Translations under genes and position numbers: made by a program
The notes under the pieces: model-generated
Told to the model about the DNA's origin: nothing
The model's input: the letters and a program-made list of their open reading frames with translations, nothing else
The model's database searches: none
Shown: positions 56,918 through 63,328 of the stretch, in pieces
Layout: the number at the start of each line of letters is the position of its first letter
Numbering within the stretch: the stretch's first letter is position 1
DNA from: a bacterium
Lineage (GTDB): Bacteria > Zhuqueibacterota > Zhuqueibacteria > Oceanimicrobiales > Oceanimicrobiaceae
Length of the DNA stretch: 63,328 bases
NCBI GenBank assembly: GCA_037446635.1
Contig: JBBIIG010000022.1
Coordinates: forward strand, 1-63,328
Reading direction: 5' to 3'

Positions 56918-57775
56918 TTAGCTCATCAATTCGTCTTCGATGGCGTCGAGGCAATTCATCAGAGCCTTTTTCGCAACCAGGCGAGACGTATGCTTGCGAA
57001 ACTCCTGGCTTGCCAGGGCGTCCGCGATGGGCGAATAATTTTTATACACCGAATCGGCGACCAATTCGATGGTGGAGTTGGTCAGCTGGCGTTCTTCCAA
57101 CAGCGACTCCGCGAGGTGGAATCTTTGCGGAACTTTTTCCGTGCCCGTCAGGGCTATTTTGACATTTTCACACTTACCATTTCGCAGAGAGAGGCGAACA
57201 CACGCGCAAATAACCGGAAGGCTTTTGCCGTCGGTTGCAACCGTGGCCACCCCGGCATAGGTGTGCTGTTTGACATACGGAATCAGAATCTCCATAAGCA
57301 GGCCACCAGCAAGCTCTTTTTTATTCAAGAAGATATTCATGGCCAAAGCGAATTCTTCGCCGCCGGCAATTCTCACTTGCGCTTGCAAAACCAATAGCGA
57401 ACAATACAAAATAGAGAGGGGATTGGTAGTGATAATTTCCCCGCCAATGGTGGAAGCGTTTCGCAGCATTCGGGCGTGATGGGTTTGTAAAGCCGCCTGG
57501 TGAAGAATGCCGCCATAGAGATTTTTAATATCGGGGTTGTCAATTATTTTTTGCAAAGGGGTGGCGGCGCCAATTCGGATGACGCCCAGATCTTCTTTGA
57601 TGTAACTGAGGTTCAGGGAGTTGATATCCACCAGCTCGCGCACGGTGTCGTTTTGCGAACGGAGCAATTGCGTACCGCCGGCAATAATCCGAATGCTGCC
57701 AGAATTTTTTTCAAGAAGGGCGATGGCTTCGGAAATGGATTTGGGGCGATAATAATGCTGAAGATTGGGTAGCAC
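56918..57775 (-). CDS. FAD-binding medium subunit, CoxM/XdhB-like
   Basis: YYRPKSISEA, IAGGTQL, IRIGAAT, RNASTIGG; start uncertain (GTG at 57775). Confidence 0.85.
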   Translation of the reverse strand: MLPNLQHYYRPKSISEAIALLEKNSGSIRIIAGGTQLLRSQNDTVRELVDINSLNLSYIKEDLGVIRIGAATPLQKIIDNPDIKNLYGGILHQAALQTHHARMLRNASTIGGEIITTNPLSILYCSLLVLQAQVRIAGGEEFALAMNIFLNKKELAGGLLMEILIPYVKQHTYAGVATVATDGKSLPVICACVRLSLRNGKCENVKIALTGTEKVPQRFHLAESLLEERQLTNSTIELVADSVYKNYSPIADALASQEFRKHTSRLVAKKALMNCLDAIEDELMS

Positions 57776-58072
57776 GATTCCTGGTGTTAAGTTTATTTTT
57801 GTTGGCAATATAGAATAATTTAAAATCGCAGTCAATAACAAAATTGGAGCTGAATTTGACTGAGTCCTTTAGATTTTTTTCTCTATAGAAAAAAATCTTC
57901 CCACTTCGTTACAAATGTTTGTACTATATTACATTTGAAAGGCAGCCTTAGCCATGTTTTAATCCGATCTTTTTAGTTTTCTTATGCTTCCGCACAAATT
58001 GGAAACTGATGGTACACTGTTACTCGTAGCAAATCAAATATTTTTTTTGAAAAAAACAAATTAGGATTTATT

Positions 58073-58597
58073 ATGATAAAATCAGGCTCAAAAATTTTTG
58101 CTGTGATGGGGGTTTATTTTTCTGTACTATGTCTTTTTGCTTTTTCAAGGTTGGAGGCCCAAGAGAAGGGGCAATACATTGTTGGCGAGAGCGGGCAGTT
58201 GGAAATGATCGTCCATATAATAGGAGAGGTAAAACGCCCCGGCGAGTATCGAGTCGTAGATAGCACCAACCTGATGGAGTTGATTTCAAAGGCGGAAGGC
58301 CCGACGGAATTTTCAAATTTGGGAGGGGTCGCCATTACCAGAATTGAACATGACTTACAAGCGAATGCTGTTGACGGCAACGGTCGGGTCAAAAGAATTA
58401 ACAAAATTATCAAATATAATGTCAGCGACTACTTAAAAAAGACCACGACTGTCCCGCCGCCAGTCCTTAAACCGGGTGACGTTGTTCTGGTGCCCAGAAA
58501 TAATTGGCATCGTTGGCGGAACGCCTTCACCGTCATCCGCGACCTGTCGGTTGTGGTATCGACCATTTGGATTATTAGCCGGATAGATAATAACTAA
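58073..58597 (+). CDS. SLBB-domain polysaccharide export protein (partial Wza-like)
   Basis: VHIIGEVKRPGEY, LKPGDVVLVP, C-terminal amphipathic helix. Confidence 0.8.
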   Translation: MIKSGSKIFAVMGVYFSVLCLFAFSRLEAQEKGQYIVGESGQLEMIVHIIGEVKRPGEYRVVDSTNLMELISKAEGPTEFSNLGGVAITRIEHDLQANAVDGNGRVKRINKIIKYNVSDYLKKTTTVPPPVLKPGDVVLVPRNNWHRWRNAFTVIRDLSVVVSTIWIISRIDNN

Positions 58598-58636
58598 GCT
58601 CTGTTTGACGTCTTTTGTTTTCAGGAGAAGTCTATA

Positions 58637-60973
58637 ATGCAAACTAACGAATCTCAATTAATTTTTAATCAAATAGCAAAGGTGTTCAAACGGCGAAAAT
58701 CGTTAATTATACTTTGTGTTCTCGGCGTATTAGCGCCGATCATCTTTTTTAACGAAATTACCGCGCCGGTTTATGAAGCCAGCACCATGGTCGTTTTCGA
58801 GGAGTTCGTGGGAACGCTATCCAATTACGGTTATGATGCGTCGCGAGAAATTTTGATTTTCAACCGGCTCGAAGAAATCAAAAGCCAGGCCTTTGCCGAA
58901 GAAGTGGTGCGCGCCACGTCTCCGGAAGTGATGGACAAGATTCGCATTCCGAACGACGCCCCAGAAGATTTTGATAAATACTCTTTTGTAACCAACAAGC
59001 TCGCCAAAAGCATTTCTGGATACCCGGTGAGTAAATCCAACATCGTTCAAATTAGTGTGCAATGGGACGATCCCTATATCGCTATGATGCTGGCCAACAC
59101 CGCTGCTGAAATTTTGTTGGAAAGAAATTCTAAAATCCGGCAAGCCGGCGTGAGCAGCGTTCGTAAATTCGTCGAAGAACAACTGGAGCGGGTTCGAGAA
59201 AAATTAAATTCTTCCGAGGAAGCTCTGAAAAAGTTTAAAGAAGAGAATCGCATCACCTCATTTAACCGGGAATCCGAAGAAGTGTTGCGTAAGCTGACTG
59301 AAGCTGAGGTGCTCCTCAATCAGGTTCGCGGCACCCGCGGTTCCTTGGAGACAAAGCTCAACACCATTCAGGAAAAACTGGCGCAGCAAAAGCAGGACAT
59401 CGTGCCGACGATCACCGATATTGGCAACCCCTGGACACAAAAATTAAAAGAGAAACTGGTGGGCTTGCAATCGGAACTGGCTAACTTGCAAGTACAGGGT
59501 TACTCTGAATCCCACCCCAAAATTCTGCAATTAAACCGCGATATCGAACAGACGAAAAGAACGCTCGCAGAGGAAGCAATTAAAATGGTGGAGGGCGGCA
59601 ACATTGTGGACCCGTTGGCGCAGATGCAATCCATGGTTAATGAGCTCTTCACCTTGCAAGTGGAACTGGAGGCGATTAAAGCTCAAGAATCAGCCTTAAA
59701 GAAAATCGTCGATCAGTATGATGTAAACCTGAGCACCTTGCCAGAAAAGGAATTCACTCTGGTTACCTTAACCCGAGAGCGGGATGTTAACAACAATATC
59801 TTCATGACCTTACTCGCCAAGCTCGAAGAAGCGAAAATTTCCGAGGCCGAGAAAATTACTAATATTCGCATCATCGATCACGCCCGGGTGCCCAGCACGC
59901 CCGTCAAGCCGCGCAAAATGTTGAATATCATCATTGGCTTGTTTCTGGGCTTCGTTGTCGGTGTTGGGTTAGCCTTCATTCTTGAGGCCTATAACAAAAC
60001 GCTGGACTCGGCTGAAGAACTGGAAAACATGACGCAATGGCCGGTGATTGCCTCCATACCGTCCATCGATAAAGCGTCTTCCAATGGCAAATCGAATCAT
60101 AGCGATAAGCTACTCCCTGGGGATGATTATATTAAAAAGGGCAAAATTTCTCTGTTCGATCCCAAATCCGGCATCGCTGAGTCCTATCGTATGTTGCGCA
60201 CCAATCTGCAATTTCAAGGAATCGGTCAGTCCCATAAAACGGTGCTCTTTACCAGCATCGGGCCAGATGAAGGAAAATCGACGACGTTGGCCAACCTCGC
60301 CATCACCCTGGCCAACTTAGGGCAGAACGTGTTGGTGATCGACGCCGATCTGCGCAAGCCGATTATGCATGCCATCTTTGGAGTTGAAAAAGAGCCGGGG
60401 CTGACGGAGCTGTTGGTGAATTATGGCACCTTGAGCGAGCAGCAGAATCTCGGCGAAGAGCAGAAGTCGGTGCTCGGAACAATGGTCAAAAGAGAGCAAT
60501 TGGGAGATCTCGTCGAGAACTTTTCTGATTTCGTGCTCGAAGAGCCCTTTATCTCCAAAATCAACAGCTTGCGCAGCGCGAACAATCTTAACTTTTTGAA
60601 CAGCGCCTTGCTGGAAGCCATTCAGGTAACGGAAATCGAAAACCTGCGGGTATTAGCGAGCGGCAAACAGCTTAAAAATCCCAGCGAAACGATTTCTTCG
60701 ATTGGGATGAAAACCTTATTGGAAGAATTGCGCACGCGCTATCAGATCATCCTAATCGATTCGGCGCCGATTATGCTGGTGCCAGAAACCATGATTCTCT
60801 CCGCCCAAGTCGATGGCGTCATCTTCGTGGTTGATGCAAAAAAGTATAATGAAGAAATGCTTTTGAAAGCCAAGGGTTTGCTTACAAAAGCTAAAGCGAA
60901 CGTTTTGGGGTCCGTGTTGAATAACGCTGAGCTGAACGGCATTTATAAATACAATTACTACTATCACGCGTAA
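58637..60973 (+). CDS. wzc: Polysaccharide co-polymerase / tyrosine autokinase
   Basis: Two TM helices with coiled coil, ESYRMLRTNL, Walker A GPDEGKST, IDADLRKP, IDSAP, tyrosine-rich tail YKYNYYY. Confidence 0.92.
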   Translation: MQTNESQLIFNQIAKVFKRRKSLIILCVLGVLAPIIFFNEITAPVYEASTMVVFEEFVGTLSNYGYDASREILIFNRLEEIKSQAFAEEVVRATSPEVMDKIRIPNDAPEDFDKYSFVTNKLAKSISGYPVSKSNIVQISVQWDDPYIAMMLANTAAEILLERNSKIRQAGVSSVRKFVEEQLERVREKLNSSEEALKKFKEENRITSFNRESEEVLRKLTEAEVLLNQVRGTRGSLETKLNTIQEKLAQQKQDIVPTITDIGNPWTQKLKEKLVGLQSELANLQVQGYSESHPKILQLNRDIEQTKRTLAEEAIKMVEGGNIVDPLAQMQSMVNELFTLQVELEAIKAQESALKKIVDQYDVNLSTLPEKEFTLVTLTRERDVNNNIFMTLLAKLEEAKISEAEKITNIRIIDHARVPSTPVKPRKMLNIIIGLFLGFVVGVGLAFILEAYNKTLDSAEELENMTQWPVIASIPSIDKASSNGKSNHSDKLLPGDDYIKKGKISLFDPKSGIAESYRMLRTNLQFQGIGQSHKTVLFTSIGPDEGKSTTLANLAITLANLGQNVLVIDADLRKPIMHAIFGVEKEPGLTELLVNYGTLSEQQNLGEEQKSVLGTMVKREQLGDLVENFSDFVLEEPFISKINSLRSANNLNFLNSALLEAIQVTEIENLRVLASGKQLKNPSETISSIGMKTLLEELRTRYQIILIDSAPIMLVPETMILSAQVDGVIFVVDAKKYNEEMLLKAKGLLTKAKANVLGSVLNNAELNGIYKYNYYYHA

Positions 60974-60996
60974 TTTTTTTCACTGGAATCTTAAGA

Positions 60997-61629
60997 GTGA
61001 TTAATAGCAACTTGATTGCGCTGGCCTTGGTTTTTGTCCTTTTGGGCGCAATTCTGATTTTGTTATTACGTCGCAATCGCAAAACGTTAATGTCGGCCAA
61101 CGGGCGGATGCCGTCCGCGGATATGCAGCTTGGCGCTATTCCGACGTTTCGGCGCAGCCTGCCCCAGCTCACCAATGAATTGACGCGGGTGCGGCGTTAC
61201 AACCGGCCGTTGAGTATTATTATACTCCGCATCGAAAGCGACCAGCTGCTGCTGGATCTTAAACGCAGCCTCGCCTCCGATTCCGGAAACGGCAGCGCCA
61301 GTTCTTACAGCAACATCATCCAAACGTTGCAATTGGTGTTTTCTTTGGTCGGCTCGATTTTGCGCGAGTCCTTGCGCGAGAGCGACATCGCCTGTTATGA
61401 TGTCGCCAACAATCAGTATGTTATTATGCTGCCCGAGTGTACCCGGCAGCAGGCGCTGATGACGGTTCGGCGATTGAAAAAGCTTTTGTTCAAACGAACC
61501 GCCGGGCACTTGATGGCGGGCATCGCTGAATTTCCGGCCGACGGCCTCATCATTGAAGATCTGGTCAAACGCGCGATGGAAAACTGCCAGCCCAAGTTAC
61601 TGGCTCAGACACCGGAATCCGAGGGCTGA
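60997..61629 (+). CDS. Membrane-anchored degenerate GGDEF-fold protein
   Basis: N-terminal TM; ELTRVRRYNRPLSIII, LRESDI, IMLPEC, GIAEFPADG; no GGDEF signature. Confidence 0.75.
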   Translation: MINSNLIALALVFVLLGAILILLLRRNRKTLMSANGRMPSADMQLGAIPTFRRSLPQLTNELTRVRRYNRPLSIIILRIESDQLLLDLKRSLASDSGNGSASSYSNIIQTLQLVFSLVGSILRESLRESDIACYDVANNQYVIMLPECTRQQALMTVRRLKKLLFKRTAGHLMAGIAEFPADGLIIEDLVKRAMENCQPKLLAQTPESEG

Positions 61630-61763
61630 GGCGATAACTCTCAGAGGCTTGGACGAAACCCATCCTGACGGTGCTCCGGATGCAACCAAGCTCTCCTCAT
61701 GGTGAGCGTCTCTTTTGAATAAACATCTTTGCACTACAACAAATAAGAGGGCACACAACGAGT

Positions 61764-62510
61764 ATGATACAGCTTATTCGGGATATTAAAGACACGAAGT
61801 CGAATGGCCGAGCAGACACGCATGTTCGACGTAACGGCGCTGTGTTGCTGCTGGATAATCCAATCACCCGCTCCTGGTACGAACGCCGCCGAAAACCCTA
61901 CCTTAGTCACTCCACGTTTTTGAAATTCAAGCGTGCCATGGACATTGTCGTCAGCTTGCTTTTCATTCCTCTGGCATTGCCGATCTTGGCGCTGTGCGCC
62001 ATCGCGATCCGGGTAGATACTCCCGGCCCCATTTACTTTTTCCAAGAACGAACCGGCAAGGGCGGCAAGCGCTTCAGAGTTTATAAGCTGCGGACAATGG
62101 TGAAGAATGCCGCTGAACTGCGCGAAAAGTACATGCATCTCAACGAGCTCAAGCCGCCGGATTTCAAAATCACCAACGATCCTCGAGTGACCCGGGTAGG
62201 AAAGTGGCTTAGAAAAACCAGCCTCGATGAGTTACCACAAATCTTCAATGTCCTCAAGGGCGACATGACTTTGGTGGGCCCCCGGCCAAGCTCTTATGGC
62301 GCCCATACCTACGACTTGTGGCACACCGCTCGTTTTGAATTGAAACCTGGCATCACCGGGCTCGCGCAGGTTTGCGGACGGAGCGAATTACTTCTGGACG
62401 AGAAATTGCGCTACGACATTGCTTACCTGCGGAATATGTCCCTGTGGCTGGACGTACGAATTCTGCTGCGCACCATTGCTGTTGTTTTCAATGGGCGGGG
62501 AGTGAAATAA
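61764..62510 (+). CDS. Priming sugar transferase (polyprenyl-phosphate phosphoglycosyl transferase)
   Basis: KRAMDI, YKLRTM, DPRVTRVG..LRKTSLDELPQ, GPRP, KPGITGLAQ. Confidence 0.93.
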   Translation: MIQLIRDIKDTKSNGRADTHVRRNGAVLLLDNPITRSWYERRRKPYLSHSTFLKFKRAMDIVVSLLFIPLALPILALCAIAIRVDTPGPIYFFQERTGKGGKRFRVYKLRTMVKNAAELREKYMHLNELKPPDFKITNDPRVTRVGKWLRKTSLDELPQIFNVLKGDMTLVGPRPSSYGAHTYDLWHTARFELKPGITGLAQVCGRSELLLDEKLRYDIAYLRNMSLWLDVRILLRTIAVVFNGRGVK

Positions 62511-62524
62511 TTTCGTTTCACAAC

Positions 62525-62536
62525 GGCGGTAGCCGG
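62525..62536 (+). promoter_or_regulatory. ops-like antitermination element
   Basis: GGCGGTAGccgg on the coding strand in the intergenic gap of a polysaccharide operon. Confidence 0.4.
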
Positions 62537-62597
62537 GTTCACGCTTATCCGAAAATCTTAACAAGAATTAATTGCTTGCACCTTTACTTAAACGGAG

Positions 62598-63328
62598 ATG
62601 GGGTTGGCAGTAACGATTTTTTGGCTTTCCATAGCGCTGTTAATTTACGTCTATGCCGGGTTCGCCGCGCTGGTGATCCTGGTGGGCGCTATCCGCAACC
62701 GCCAGGTGCACAAGCAGGCCATCGAGCCGAGGGTAAGTCTGCTGATCGCCGCCTACAATGAACAGGAAAGCATCCGGCAGCGTCTCGAAAATATTTTCCA
62801 GCTCGATTATCCGCAAGATCGCATTGAAATCATCGTGGCCTCCGACGGCTCCGACGACGCCACTGAGGAGATCGTCGTCGGTTATGCGCCGCGCGGAGTT
62901 CGGCTGTTGAGCCTGCCGCGGCGCGGCAAAATTCACGCGTTGAACGCCGCCGCTGCTGCGGCCACGGGCGAGATCCTGGTTTTTTCCGACGCCAATTCCA
63001 TGTTCGAGCGCCAGGCGCTGCGGGTGCTGGTCGCCAACTTCGCTGACCCGCAAGTCGGCGGCGTCGGCGGCAACACCGTTTATACCGAACAAATCGGCTG
63101 CGAGTCCATCAGCACCGGCGAGAACCTTTACTGGAACTACGACAAATGGTTGAAAGAAATGGAAAGCCGCACCGGCAGCATCGTTTCGGCGCACGGCGCC
63201 ATCTACGCCATTCGCCGGGAGTTGTATCAGCACTTGACCGAGACCGCCGTCACCGATGATTTTGCCATTTCCACCATGGTCATCGAACAGGGCTACCGGC
63301 TGGTGTTTGAGAAAGATGCCCGCGCTTA
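62598..63328 (+). CDS. Glycosyltransferase family 2, 3'-truncated by the window edge (absent from the supplied ORF track)
   Basis: GGAG RBS then MGLAVTIFWLSIALLIYVYAGF...IAAYNE...SDGSDD...GKIHALN...FSDAN...TDDF. Confidence 0.9.
   Translation, partial: MGLAVTIFWLSIALLIYVYAGFAALVILVGAIRNRQVHKQAIEPRVSLLIAAYNEQESIRQRLENIFQLDYPQDRIEIIVASDGSDDATEEIVVGYAPRGVRLLSLPRRGKIHALNAAAAAATGEILVFSDANSMFERQALRVLVANFADPQVGGVGGNTVYTEQIGCESISTGENLYWNYDKWLKEMESRTGSIVSAHGAIYAIRRELYQHLTETAVTDDFAISTMVIEQGYRLVFEKDARA

Noticed and set aside
57910..57923. Palindrome tacaaa-tg-tttgta in the divergent region before the polysaccharide locus
   Set aside because: It is short and in AT-rich DNA, and cannot be assigned to a regulator without comparative data.
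62640..63233. 197-aa minus-strand ORF at the window end
   Set aside because: It is antisense to a clear GT2 gene starting at 62598 that runs off the window.

Overview
A 63 kb, mostly housekeeping stretch of a diderm bacterial chromosome. The LptE, TonB-dependent receptors and FlgD/T9SS-type C-terminal sorting domain point to the FCB superphylum, possibly a KSB1/Calditrichota-like lineage (inference). It holds about 65 CDS, including trxA, manC, iscS-mnmA, thiD, envC-like, holB-PSP1-metG-tatD-rsmA-mgtE-recO-sfsA, greA, mutY, clpS, a three-gene transhydrogenase, pdxH and gnd, plus tRNA-Glu, tRNA-His and the start of a Wzc-type polysaccharide locus. No CRISPR array, rRNA, transposase or prophage is visible. 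Points of interest: (i) a candidate ceramide synthesis trio (serine palmitoyltransferase, GNAT-type ceramide synthase, divergent SDR reductase); (ii) several short repeat systems, namely period-8 GGAGTnnT/GGATCnnT arrays at four intergenic sites, a four-helix-bundle gene enclosed by inverted period-7 arrays (one arm translated into Gnd), REP-like palindrome clusters, and palindromes inserted in frame in mnmA, metG and a redoxin; (iii) small AT-rich toxin-antitoxin-like cassettes inside housekeeping operons, one apparently disabled in both genes; (iv) a degenerate GGDEF protein with an RxxD motif and an ops-like site in the polysaccharide locus. All family calls come from motif recognition by eye; no database search was run.
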